DNA of 64,000 nt from Dehalococcoidia bacterium (GCA_965204865.1 OZ242027.1:3011986-3075985), one strand, 5' to 3'. Counted from the first letter of the stretch, positions 53,235 to 62,193 are shown. Translations and numbers: made by a program. The notes: generated by a model from the letters alone, not told the origin.

Positions 53235-53444
53235 TTATGAGGCTCCGGAGCCCGGGCCACGCGGAATGAAGGCCATGTCCGGCTCGGTATCGCTCACGTC
53301 GATGTTGCGCAGCGATGCCGTGCCCGCTAGGACGCCGCGCAGTTGGCTGTACAGCTCGTCCATGTGGGCGTCGGTGCCGGTGATGCCCAAGCGGGCCGCC
53401 GCTTCGTCGAAGGCCTGGCGGGATATGGGCGCATCGTCGGGCAT
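53235..53444 (-). CDS. small AtzG/GatC-like amidase partner protein
   Basis: ORF trimmed to MPDDAPISRQAF (AGGAGG 9 nt upstream). 69 aa ending ...DVSDTEPDMAFIP. Lies directly upstream of the amidase gene. Confidence 0.5.
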   Translation of the reverse strand: MPDDAPISRQAFDEAAARLGITGTDAHMDELYSQLRGVLAGTASLRNIDVSDTEPDMAFIPRGPGSGAS

Positions 53445-53607
53445 ATTGTGCAGCCTCCTGAGAATCCCTCTTGCCTGCGGCAGAAGGTCAAAGTATGGGC
53501 CAGCCTGTGGGCCATTATGTCCCACCGCCCCTGCCCTTGCAAACTGCCCGTCTGCGTCCGCTTGCGCCGCCGCCGGATTGCCCGTATGTTGTTACCCGCT
53601 GACTGCG

Positions 53608-54423
53608 ATGAATATGACGAATCCCGACCTGCATTGCGCTAACTGCGGACTACTGTCAGCTCCCGGCGGCCGTTACTGCACTGGCTGTGGGGCATCTTTG
53701 CCCCTAGCGTCGGCGCCGGTTCCGGCACCCGGAGAAGACAGCGAGGTTCCGTGGACTCCGGTGCATGTCACGGTTGGCCTCTTCCTGTTCTTGGGGCTGC
53801 TGATTGCCGCCGCCTTTGTCGCCAGGGGAGTTGGGCCGCTGTATCCGGCGCATGAGCAGGCGTTGCAGACCTGGGTTGGAGTCCACCTGCTGGCCTTGTG
53901 CGCTGGCGCTGTGGTGTGGTTCATGGGCGCGCGTAGGGCGGTTTCTCCGGCGCGGGCGCTGGGGCTGGTCATGCCACGCACGTCGCTGGGGATGTCTGCG
54001 ACGCTGGCACTGGCGGCGCTGGCGGCCAGCATACTGGCGACCTTTGTTTACGGCCTGGCCGTGGACAGCCTGGGGCTGGAGTCGCTGCGCCCGCCGGAGA
54101 TAGAGGACGGGACCATCTTTCCGGGTATTGGGATTCTGCTTACTCTCCAGGCCCTCGCTGTTGTTACACCCCTCAGCGAGGAGGTGCTGTTTCGGGGGTT
54201 CGTGCTGCGGGGGCTGCTTCCCAGCATAGGCGCCGGGCCTGCCGTGGTTGCCACGGCGCTGCTGTTCAGCGTCCTGCACCTGGAGCCGCAAGTGATGATT
54301 CCCATATTCATCACCGGGCTGGCCTTGGGGTTGTTGTATGTCAGGACCGGGTCGGTGTGGCCCTGTATCGCGGCCCACGCCGGGCAGAACGCCCTGGCGC
54401 TGCTGGCGGTGAGGTTCCTGTAA
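53608..54423 (+). CDS. CPBP family intramembrane glutamic endopeptidase with N-terminal zinc ribbon
   Basis: Trimmed to MNMTNPDLHCANCG...CTGCG. CPBP motifs are SEEVLFRG, FSVLH and AHAGQN. Confidence 0.75.
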   Translation: MNMTNPDLHCANCGLLSAPGGRYCTGCGASLPLASAPVPAPGEDSEVPWTPVHVTVGLFLFLGLLIAAAFVARGVGPLYPAHEQALQTWVGVHLLALCAGAVVWFMGARRAVSPARALGLVMPRTSLGMSATLALAALAASILATFVYGLAVDSLGLESLRPPEIEDGTIFPGIGILLTLQALAVVTPLSEEVLFRGFVLRGLLPSIGAGPAVVATALLFSVLHLEPQVMIPIFITGLALGLLYVRTGSVWPCIAAHAGQNALALLAVRFL

Positions 54424-54453
54424 ACGTTTTTGCAGATTGCAGAAGACTAGGTT

Positions 54454-54674
54454 GTGTTGACATTTGCGATACAGCCGTCCGCAATCCCAAACCGTCATTC
54501 CCGGCAGCCGCGGGAATCCAAACCCCCGTTACCCCACAGTCCCCTGCGTCCCGCGTCTCCCCGCACAGGCAGGTGTGTTAATGACCGTCGAGACCTGGGG
54601 CGCCGGGGTTTGGATTCCCGCCCCCCGCCTTCGCGGGGGCAGGCTTAGCGGGAATGACGGGTAAATGTCAACAA
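54454..54674. mobile_element. MITE-like element with GTGTTGACATTT-type termini enclosing two opposed REP hairpins
   Basis: GTGTTGACATTT (54454..54465) and AAATGTCAACAA (54663..54674) flank REP copies at 54492..54527 (reverse) and 54605..54662 (forward, nested insert). Confidence 0.5.
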
Positions 54675-54760
54675 ACCCTAGACACCGCTATTGCTGTGGG
54701 TTACATTTGGCGTATTCGGTAATCATATCTACGGAATCTGGGCAGGGCATTTTCCGGGTA

Positions 54761-55591
54761 ATGGGCAAAGAGCGTATCGAGCGGATGTTTGCCAGCGTCC
54801 GGGAGCGGGAGCGTCCCGGACTTATCGTATTTCTGACCGCCGGGGTTCCCGACATGGAGGCCACGCTGGAACTGGTTCCGGCGCTGGTGGCAGCCGGTGC
54901 CGACGCCGTGGAGCTGGGAGTGCCTTTCAGCGATCCGCTGGCCGAGGGGCCGGTCATCCAGCAGTCGAGCTTTCTGGCGTTGCAGAAGGGCGTGAGCACC
55001 GCCGATTGCCTGCGGGCCACCGAGACGCTGCGCCACCGGATTCCCGACGCGCCGCTGATACTGATGGGCTACTACAACCCGGTGCTTTCCTATGGCATCT
55101 CGCCCTTTGCCGCCGAGTGCCAGCGCGTGGGGGTGGACGGTCTCATCACCGTGGACTTGCCCGGAACGGAGTCGGGGCCGCTGGCCGCCGAGTGCGACAG
55201 CCGCGACATTTCGCTTATTCCCCTGCTGGCGCCTACCAGCACCGAGGAAAGTATTGCCGAGTCCTGCCGCAACGCCAGCGGGTTCGTGTACTGCGTCAGC
55301 GTTACCGGCGTTACCGGAGCGCGAATGGAGGTCTCCGGACGGGGGCTGGAACTGCTTGAGCGGGTTCGCGCTCATACCGGCCTGCCGCTGGCCCTCGGGT
55401 TCGGAATTTCAGCGCCGGAGCACGTGGTCGAGGTCGGCAGGACAGCCGACGCCGCCGTGGTGGGCAGCGCGCTGGTGCGGATTACGCTGGAATCGCCCCG
55501 GGACGAAGTGGTGGAACGAGCGAGCGCCTTCGTGGCGTCGCTGGCCGGGCGGACTCCCGCCGCGCAGTCCGCAGACGGAGGACGCCGATGA
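54761..55591 (+). CDS. trpA: tryptophan synthase alpha chain
   Basis: GADAVELGVPFSDPLAEGPVIQ and YCVSVTGVTG motifs. Trimmed to MGKERIERMF. Confidence 0.9.
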   Translation: MGKERIERMFASVRERERPGLIVFLTAGVPDMEATLELVPALVAAGADAVELGVPFSDPLAEGPVIQQSSFLALQKGVSTADCLRATETLRHRIPDAPLILMGYYNPVLSYGISPFAAECQRVGVDGLITVDLPGTESGPLAAECDSRDISLIPLLAPTSTEESIAESCRNASGFVYCVSVTGVTGARMEVSGRGLELLERVRAHTGLPLALGFGISAPEHVVEVGRTADAAVVGSALVRITLESPRDEVVERASAFVASLAGRTPAAQSADGGRR

Positions 55592-55941
55592 CCGTCTGCC
55601 GGGGGATACGGGGGGCCACGACCGCCGAGGCCAACACCGGCGAGGCCATCCATGGCGCGACCACCGAATTGCTGGAGGCGCTTATCGAGGCCAACGGGCT
55701 GGAGGAGAAGGATTTGGCGTCGGTGATTTTCACGATGACGCCGGACCTGAACGCGGTGTTTCCCGCCGCCGCCGCCCGCCGGTTGGGGTGGAACAGCACG
55801 GCCCTGCTGGGCGCGGTGGAAGTGGATGTGCCGGGCAGCTTGAACCGCTGCATCAGGATACTTATACTGGTGAACACCGATAAACAACCCGGGGAGCTGG
55901 TAAACGTTTATTTGCGAGGAACCGAGACTCTCAGATCCTGA
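55588..55941 (+). CDS. aroH: chorismate mutase, AroH class
   Basis: VCRGIRGATT start and IRILILVNTD. 117 aa. ATGA overlap with trpA. Confidence 0.85.
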   Translation: MTVCRGIRGATTAEANTGEAIHGATTELLEALIEANGLEEKDLASVIFTMTPDLNAVFPAAAARRLGWNSTALLGAVEVDVPGSLNRCIRILILVNTDKQPGELVNVYLRGTETLRS

Positions 55942-55964
55942 TGCGGGTCTCGAATTACTGACTC

Positions 55965-56119
55965 GTGAATGAATTGGTAAACAATACCGTCATTCCGGCT
56001 TTCGCCGGAATCCAGGGATGTTGTCCTCCAGCTACGTTCTTTGTGCCTGGCGTTTTCTGGATTCCGGCTTTCGCCGGAATGACGGGTAACTGGCCCGAAA
56101 TATTTACCAATCAATTCAC
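55965..56119. mobile_element. MITE-like element with 19-bp TIRs enclosing an inverted pair of variant-B REP hairpins
   Basis: GTGAATGAATTGGTAAACA ... TATTTACCAATCAATTCAC (16/19 complementary). REP-B copies at 55987..56017 and 56057..56086. Confidence 0.6.
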
Positions 56120-56191
56120 CCATCAGTAAGTCGCAGGCCCTTCGAGGAGAGGAGCCGGGTGCGATTGCGCTGAAACCGCTATCAAAACTTG

Positions 56192-56220
56192 TTGACTTCA
56201 ACCCGGAGGGCGAGTAGTAT
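56192..56220 (+). promoter_or_regulatory. sigma70-like promoter
   Basis: TTGACT-N17-TAGTAT. Confidence 0.4.
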
Positions 56221-56230
56221 CTATTACATA

Positions 56231-56314
56231 ATGAGAATTACCTGGGACGCTTGCGGTTATCGCTGCTATTTCTTTACCGGTTGCCAGCCAGCCGGCGAAG
56301 GATTGGTGTGCTAG
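56231..56314 (+). promoter_or_regulatory. candidate leader peptide ORF (27 codons, aromatic-rich)
   Basis: MRITWDACGYRCYFFTGCQPAGEGLVC, with W5, Y10 and a consecutive Y13-F14-F15. It lies between the promoter and an intrinsic terminator upstream of aroG. Confidence 0.3.
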
Positions 56315-56340
56315 CCAAAGGCAGCCAGGAGGACACCAAA

Positions 56341-56369
56341 CCCCAGCCGGCATAGGTTGGGGGTTTTTT
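56341..56369 (+). terminator. intrinsic terminator/attenuator in the aroG leader
   Basis: CCCCAGCC-GGCATA-GGTTGGGG stem (8 bp including one G-U) followed by G and six T. Confidence 0.6.
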
Positions 56370-56467
56370 GTAGTTGTGCCGGAGGCCGGGCCTGGATTGG
56401 CTGATCGGGCGTGGGGGTGGATGTAAGACCGTTACCTGAGTCACTATATTTGTTTGGAAGGAACACC

Positions 56468-57538
56468 ATGCAACCGTCGGCAACCAGAGATGTACACATC
56501 GAGTCCATGCAGCCCCTCACCACGCCGCGAAATCTCGTCAATTCCCTCCCCATCACTCCTTTCGTGGAAAGGACTGTCTTAGAGGGTCGGGAACAGGTGC
56601 GAAAGGTTCTCAATGGCGAGGATCTCAGGCTACTCCTTGTCGTCGGTCCCTGCTCCATCCACAGCAAGGAATCCGCCCTGGAGTACGCGGGCCGCCTCAA
56701 GGAACTGTCCGAAAAACTCAGCGACCGCCTTCTCATAGTGATGCGGGTCTACTTCGAAAAGCCCCGCACCACCGTTGGCTGGAAGGGCCTTATCTATGAC
56801 CCCCACCTCAATGACACCTTCGACATCGAGGCCGGACTGCGCACCGCCCGCTCTCTCCTTCTCGAGATTGGTGAGATGGGGATGTACGCGGGCACCGAGT
56901 TCCTGGACCCGGTTGTCCCTCAATATCTGGCTGGCCTGATAACCTGGGGCACCATCGGGGCCCGCACCACCGAAAGCCAGATCCACCGGCAGATGGCCAG
57001 CGGCCTGAGTATGCCGGTCGGATTCAAGAACGGCACCGACGGTAATGCCCAGGTCGCGGTGGACGCCATGCTGTCGGCCCGCAGCCCGCATGGTTTTCTG
57101 GGCATGGACGGCGATGGGCAGACCGCCCTGATTCGCACCACCGGCAACCCCGACGGGCACCTTGTGCTCCGAGGCGGCAATGCGGGCCCCAATTTTGGCG
57201 CGGAAGCTATCGCTGAGGCCAAGGAGCGCCTGGGGAAGGCCGGCGTCCGCTCCCAGCTCATGGTTGACTGTAGCCACGGCAACTCCAACAAAGACTACAG
57301 GCAGCAAGCCCGCGCTTTCAAGGATGTAGTTTCCCAGAGGACCAGCGGGGGGAGTGACATCATTGGCGCGATGCTGGAGAGCAACCTCAACGAGGGCAAC
57401 CAGCGCCTCTGCGAAGACCTTTCCCAGTTGCAGTACGGCGTCTCCATCACCGACGCCTGTATCGGCTGGGGGGAGACCGAGGAGCTGCTCCATTGGGCCT
57501 ACGAAGCCATGGGCGCCCTCGCCGCCGCTCCGGTCTAG
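56468..57538 (+). CDS. aroG: 3-deoxy-7-phosphoheptulonate (DAHP) synthase, class I
   Basis: LLLVVGPCSIHS, KPRTTVGWKG and GARTTESQIHR motifs. Which isoenzyme this is cannot be determined. Confidence 0.9.
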   Translation: MQPSATRDVHIESMQPLTTPRNLVNSLPITPFVERTVLEGREQVRKVLNGEDLRLLLVVGPCSIHSKESALEYAGRLKELSEKLSDRLLIVMRVYFEKPRTTVGWKGLIYDPHLNDTFDIEAGLRTARSLLLEIGEMGMYAGTEFLDPVVPQYLAGLITWGTIGARTTESQIHRQMASGLSMPVGFKNGTDGNAQVAVDAMLSARSPHGFLGMDGDGQTALIRTTGNPDGHLVLRGGNAGPNFGAEAIAEAKERLGKAGVRSQLMVDCSHGNSNKDYRQQARAFKDVVSQRTSGGSDIIGAMLESNLNEGNQRLCEDLSQLQYGVSITDACIGWGETEELLHWAYEAMGALAAAPV

Positions 57539-57804
57539 CCACATTTCCGCACTCAGACTACAGAAACCGCCGGGGTTGCCCAATCCCCCGGCGGTTTGTC
57601 TTCCCCCAGCCCTCCCATCATTCCCGCGCCCTGGTTCGGCAACCGTAGTGGAGAAATTTAAAGCGGTGGCGGATTTGCCCGCCACCGTTTTCCTGCGCTT
57701 CATTGGAGTAGAGGCGAAGGTGAAACCCGTTCATCCTTCGACAGGCTCAGGACGAACAAGCGGGGTGAGCGTTCCGATATAGGTCGTCCATTAAGATGAC
57801 GACC

Positions 57805-57839
57805 GGTGTTTGGATTCCCGCTTTCGCGGGAATGACGGG
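57805..57839. repeat. REP-like hairpin (variant A)
   Basis: GGTGTTTGGATTCCCGCTTTCGCGGGAATGACGGG. Confidence 0.8.
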
Positions 57840-57937
57840 TGGGCGCTCGGCAATTGTTGCACACCCTCCTGCACAAGTGGGGAACGCCCTCACTCTGGCC
57901 CTTTCCCAGGAGGAGAGGGGATTTGTCTTGCACCATC

Positions 57938-58732
57938 TCACAAGCCGGCCTTGACTGCCGACTCCCGCATACTCTCCAGGTAGGCAAGGCTGGAGGTCTG
58001 GAGTAGGCTGTTGACGTTGCCGTGGAAGTACTGGACGCCGAGGTCTAGGAACTTGGGCACCAGGTTGTCGGGGCAGCTTACGCCAGCCACCTTGCCGGCC
58101 TTTACTATGACGTCCACGCCGCGCTCCATCTGCGCCTGGACTTCAGGGTGGGTCTGCTGACCGGGGACGCCCATGGACTGGGACAGGTCTCCGGAGCCGA
58201 TGAAGAAGACGTCCACGCCGTCCACCTGGACCATGGACTCCAGGTTTTCGATGGCCTCGACTTCCTCCAGCATGAGGCAGACCAGGGTGTTGCGGTTGGC
58301 CTCGGCCACGTAGTCGCCGGTGGAGCCGCTGAAGCCGTAGCCCGCCGGGCGGCTGCGGCTGAAGATGCCGCGGTGTCCCTCGGGGTAGTACTTGACCGCG
58401 TCCACCGTCGCTCTTGCCTCGTCCGCGGTGTTGACGTGGGGAACCTGTACGCCCCATGCGCCCCGGTCAAGGAAGGGGGCGATGATTTCCGGCTTGTTGG
58501 CTACGGGGCGGACGATGGGCGCGATGCCGGAAAGCTCGGAGGCTCGCACCAGGTCCTCGGAGTTATCCACGGTTATGGAGCCGTGTTCGTTGTCCAGCAG
58601 CACCCAGTCGAAACCGAGGCAGCCCAGCATTTCCACCACCGGGGCCGAAGGGAAGGTAATCATCACCCCGAAGACTGCTTTTCCCTGTTGCAGGGTTTCT
58701 TTCAGCGTGTTCTCGCGCATACGTCCTCTCAT
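57938..58732 (-). CDS. HpcH/HpaI aldolase family protein
   Basis: FDWVLLDNEHG and the C-terminal IGSGDLS motif. The start could be 58732 or 58720. Confidence 0.8.
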   Translation of the reverse strand: MRGRMRENTLKETLQQGKAVFGVMITFPSAPVVEMLGCLGFDWVLLDNEHGSITVDNSEDLVRASELSGIAPIVRPVANKPEIIAPFLDRGAWGVQVPHVNTADEARATVDAVKYYPEGHRGIFSRSRPAGYGFSGSTGDYVAEANRNTLVCLMLEEVEAIENLESMVQVDGVDVFFIGSGDLSQSMGVPGQQTHPEVQAQMERGVDVIVKAGKVAGVSCPDNLVPKFLDLGVQYFHGNVNSLLQTSSLAYLESMRESAVKAGL

Positions 58733-58760
58733 CCTGTTGTCGAATGGGTTGCGAAGTGTG

Positions 58761-58916
58761 GCGGGGTTCCGCTTTAGGTGGTCTAATCAGTTGCCCCCCG
58801 TCTTCACGGGGGCAGGCTCCATCTGGGGTTTGGATTCCCGCTTTCGCGGGAATGACGGTGGGGTGCGGGAATGACGGACCGGAAACTGCAAAACCACCTA
58901 AATTGGAACGCTATCG
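58761..58916. mobile_element. MITE-like element (TIRs flanking a small hairpin and a variant-A REP hairpin)
   Basis: Left TIR GCGGGGTTCCGCTTTAGGTGG, right TIR CCACCTAAATTGGAACGCTATCG. Confidence 0.65.
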
Positions 58917-59102
58917 CGAAGTGTCTAGCCGTTGACACTACACGGGAGTATACTACTCGCCACTTTTCCGGGTTACATAACCCGGCAGTGAACCGTTGAA
59001 GCCATATTGATATAATGGAAAGTATCATGGAGACACGGGCGGCCGGGATTCTTGGATCCCGCCCTTCGACAGGCTCAGGGTGATGTAAGCAGGGGGTACG
59101 AT

Positions 59103-59681
59103 ATGTTTCCGCAGGTTTCTCTGACGGCGCCTACCCGCAGCGACGTGGAACGGCTGATGGGTTGGCTCGAGGATGATGAGGTTAACACGTCCTGGTACGG
59201 CCTGGGGGACGACGGGCAACCACTTCACGCCGGTTATGTGCCGTCGCACGTCCTGGAAGGCGACGACAATGACTGGGACCGGGTGTTCAACGACGACAAT
59301 CGCAAGGTCTTTGCGGTCTACTCCAGCGAGGGCGAGCATATCGGAGAGGCGCAACTGGTCATCGAATGGCCTCTGCTGGAGGCCCAGGCCTTCATCCTGG
59401 TGGGGCGCAAAGACCTGTGGCACCACCACTATGGCACCATTTCGCTGGTCAGCTTGCTGGACCACGCCTTCAACGATCTGGGTCTGCATCGCATCTGGGT
59501 CGATGTGCCGGAGTACAACAGGCCGGCGCTGGATATGGTTGAGCATATAGGATTCGTGGTGGAAGGCCATTTCCGCAAGGCACACCGCCGGGGAGACCAG
59601 TGGTTCGATTCCTATGCCCTGGGCCTGCTGGCCGAGGAGTATCCCCGACGCCGCGCCCGCCTGATGGAGACCAATGCTTAA
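59103..59681 (+). CDS. GNAT family N-acetyltransferase
   Basis: Trimmed to MFPQVSL. HRIWVDVPEYNRPALDMVEHIGFVVEG is a typical RimJ/RimL-like core. Confidence 0.8.
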   Translation: MFPQVSLTAPTRSDVERLMGWLEDDEVNTSWYGLGDDGQPLHAGYVPSHVLEGDDNDWDRVFNDDNRKVFAVYSSEGEHIGEAQLVIEWPLLEAQAFILVGRKDLWHHHYGTISLVSLLDHAFNDLGLHRIWVDVPEYNRPALDMVEHIGFVVEGHFRKAHRRGDQWFDSYALGLLAEEYPRRRARLMETNA

Positions 59682-59741
59682 CCTTCGAGCGGTTTGAGCC
59701 TCAATGAAAAGCCCTCTCACTCTACACAGGAGGAAGGAGCG

Positions 59742-60455
59742 ATGCCAGTAATAACAATCAACGGCCCCTTGGGGGCAGGCGCGGTTTCCATCGGCCAGAT
59801 GGTGGCCCGGGAATTGGAGTTGAACTTCTACGACCGGCTGATTTTCACGCAGGCAGCGCGGCTTATCGGCACTCCGGTCGGCGCGGTAATCGCCAAGGAG
59901 CAGCGCGTTGACCGCTTTCGCGACCGGCTGGGCCGGTTCCTGCAAACCATGCTGGAACGGTCGGCGATGTCCGGCGTCAGCGGCGAGCCCTACTTCGGCC
60001 GGGGCATTGAAAACCTGCCGCCAGAGACTTTCATGGAGATGATGGGCGAGGGCAGTACAAACCGGCAGGTCAGCGACAAGGAGTTTATCGAGGCCACCGA
60101 GAAGGTGGTGAAGGACATCTACGAGGAAGGCAATGCGGTAATCATCGGCCGGGGGGCCAACGCCATCTTGGAGAGTATGCCCGGCACCTTCCACGTGGGC
60201 CTGCTGGCGCCGCTGGAAGTGCGCGTACAGACCCTGATGCAGCGCGAGAACTACACCCGCGAAGAGGCCGAGAACTACGGGGCGGAGCTGGAGCAGGCGC
60301 ACGAGAATTTCTTCCGGCGTTTTTTCAACTACAACTTCTATGATCCGACCCACTACCACATGATGCTGAACATGGGGCGGATGAGCCCCGAGGCGGCCGC
60401 CGGAATCATCGTTCACGCCACCAGCGACACCTTTGCCGCACCTGCCACCGCGTGA
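59742..60455 (+). CDS. cytidylate kinase-like family protein
   Basis: MPVITINGPLGAGAVSIGQMVAREL follows AGGAGGAAGGAG. The size and N-terminus fit the family. Confidence 0.6.
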   Translation: MPVITINGPLGAGAVSIGQMVARELELNFYDRLIFTQAARLIGTPVGAVIAKEQRVDRFRDRLGRFLQTMLERSAMSGVSGEPYFGRGIENLPPETFMEMMGEGSTNRQVSDKEFIEATEKVVKDIYEEGNAVIIGRGANAILESMPGTFHVGLLAPLEVRVQTLMQRENYTREEAENYGAELEQAHENFFRRFFNYNFYDPTHYHMMLNMGRMSPEAAAGIIVHATSDTFAAPATA

Positions 60456-60554
60456 CCCTGGCGGCATCCGCCAGGCAAAGGCGGCGGGCATCCTTCGACA
60501 AGCTCAGGATGTTCGACAAGCTCAGGATGACGGCAGTCGCCGGGGGACTGAGAA

Positions 60555-61343
60555 GTGTTTCCCTTCGCTGACGCAGGGGCCCGCCGCACCGGTCTTCCCC
60601 CGGTCACCGTGGGGCTGATCGGCCTCAACTGCCTGGTATTCCTTTACGAACTGCAAACGGGCGGTCTGGGAGTTCTAGCCGGCGGCGGCAGCTTCCACAT
60701 CGACGTCTTCTTTTTCAAGTGGGGCTTCATTCCCTCCGAACTAGCCGAGGGCAGGGACTACCAGCGGCTTTTGGGCGGAATTGACATCGCCTCTCCCATT
60801 CCCACTTGGGCCACAATACTGTCCTCAATGTTCATCCATGGCGGGTTCCTGCATCTTGCCAGCAATATGCTGTTCCTCTGGGTGTTCGGGAGCAGCATGG
60901 AGCAATCGCTGGGGCCGGGCCGGTTCGTGCTGCTCTACTTCGCTACCGGGGTCGCGGCGGCGCTAAGCCACCTGGCCATTGAGCCGCAGTCGCAGGCGCC
61001 GCTCATCGGGGCCAGCGGCGCTGTTTCCGGCGTGCTGGGGGCCTACCTGCTGACCTTTCCCTTCAACCGTATACGGGCGCTCATCCTGATGATTCTCATC
61101 ACCGTAATCGAGCTGCCCGCGATATGGTTGCTGGGAGGGTGGTTCGTCTGGCAGTTAATCCAGGGGCTAACGTCGCTGGGGCTGTCCAACGCGGTAAACG
61201 TGGCGTTCTTTGCCCACGTGGGCGGGTTCGTGGCCGGGGTGGCGCTGATTGCCGCCGCCCGCGCGCTCACCGGCAGGCCGGTGCTGCCCCGTCGCCCGCA
61301 GCCTTGGGGCTACTGGCGGGATGAGGACGATTCGTATGGTTAG
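60555..61343 (+). CDS. rhomboid family intramembrane serine protease
   Basis: HGGFLHLASNMLFLWVFG and GASGAVSG catalytic motifs. GTG start. Confidence 0.85.
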   Translation: MFPFADAGARRTGLPPVTVGLIGLNCLVFLYELQTGGLGVLAGGGSFHIDVFFFKWGFIPSELAEGRDYQRLLGGIDIASPIPTWATILSSMFIHGGFLHLASNMLFLWVFGSSMEQSLGPGRFVLLYFATGVAAALSHLAIEPQSQAPLIGASGAVSGVLGAYLLTFPFNRIRALILMILITVIELPAIWLLGGWFVWQLIQGLTSLGLSNAVNVAFFAHVGGFVAGVALIAAARALTGRPVLPRRPQPWGYWRDEDDSYG

Positions 61344-61394
61344 GCAACGCCCGGCGGATTCAGCGCATTCCCACCGTGGACGCGGAGCATTACC

Positions 61395-61817
61395 TTGAAG
61401 CAGGAACCAGAAAGCGACCAGCGCGTAACCATCTGGAGCGTGCCAGAGGACTGGCAGAGGTGGTATCTTGCGCTGTTCAACATCCAGATATTATGCTTGC
61501 TGGGACTGGTATGCTGGCATGAGGTGGCTACGGCTCCCGACGGCGGAGTGGCGATTGATGTGTTGATCGCCGTCGGATCGAGCATGGCGGGGCTGATCAT
61601 TCTCGTGGCGGCGGAAAGCATTTTCCTGACGGATGTGACCAAGATGCTGTTTACGATGATTTCAGACAGATATCTGAGGCGCGAGCGCGCTAAGGGACGA
61701 GCCGAAGAACGTCAGAAATGGGAGGAATGGAACGAGCGACGCTTGGCGGCGGAGGCTGCTGGTGAGGGCTTTACCGAGCCACCTCCGTCTTCCACTAACT
61801 CTAACGGTAGCGGGTAG
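61395..61817 (+). CDS. hypothetical membrane protein
   Basis: Two hydrophobic helices, then a charged tail RQKWEEWNERRLAAEAAGEGFTEPPP. TTG start. Confidence 0.4.
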   Translation: MKQEPESDQRVTIWSVPEDWQRWYLALFNIQILCLLGLVCWHEVATAPDGGVAIDVLIAVGSSMAGLIILVAAESIFLTDVTKMLFTMISDRYLRRERAKGRAEERQKWEEWNERRLAAEAAGEGFTEPPPSSTNSNGSG

Positions 61818-61866
61818 GTGCAATTCTATAGGCGATCTCACTGTATGAACCAGGTGAGGTAGAGAT

Positions 61867-62193
61867 ATGTTCAGTTGGCTTGCTGACAAGTTGTTCAGGG
61901 GACGAAGGGAAAGCGCGGACGCTCATACGCAACGGGTCTGGGCGGAGTGGGATACTCGGCGGATGGCTGCGGAAGAGACAGGAGAAGCGTTTGCGGAGCC
62001 TGAGCCGGAACAGCCCAAGTCCGGCAGGAGGCGATGGCGGCGGGGGCGTCCGTCGGCCCTGGATGCGGGGGCGGCTGGCGCTACGGGCGCTTTCCTGGTG
62101 GGGCCGCACATTGACCACGGGCATGGCCATGGCCACGGTGGATTCGACGGCGGCTTTCACGGCGGTGGCGGCGATGCGGGGGGCGGGTTTTAA
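61867..62193 (+). CDS. hypothetical protein with Gly/His-rich tail
   Basis: Shares the W-x-EW-x-x-RR-x-AAE-x-GE-x-F-x-EP motif with the preceding gene. The tail is HIDHGHGHGHGGFDGGFHGGGG. Confidence 0.35.
   Translation: MFSWLADKLFRGRRESADAHTQRVWAEWDTRRMAAEETGEAFAEPEPEQPKSGRRRWRRGRPSALDAGAAGATGAFLVGPHIDHGHGHGHGGFDGGFHGGGGDAGGGF

Noticed and set aside
59595-59615. GGTTCGATTCC, a T-loop-like tRNA signature.
   Set aside because: It lies inside the well-supported GNAT CDS (QWFDSY). No acceptor or anticodon stems can be drawn around it.
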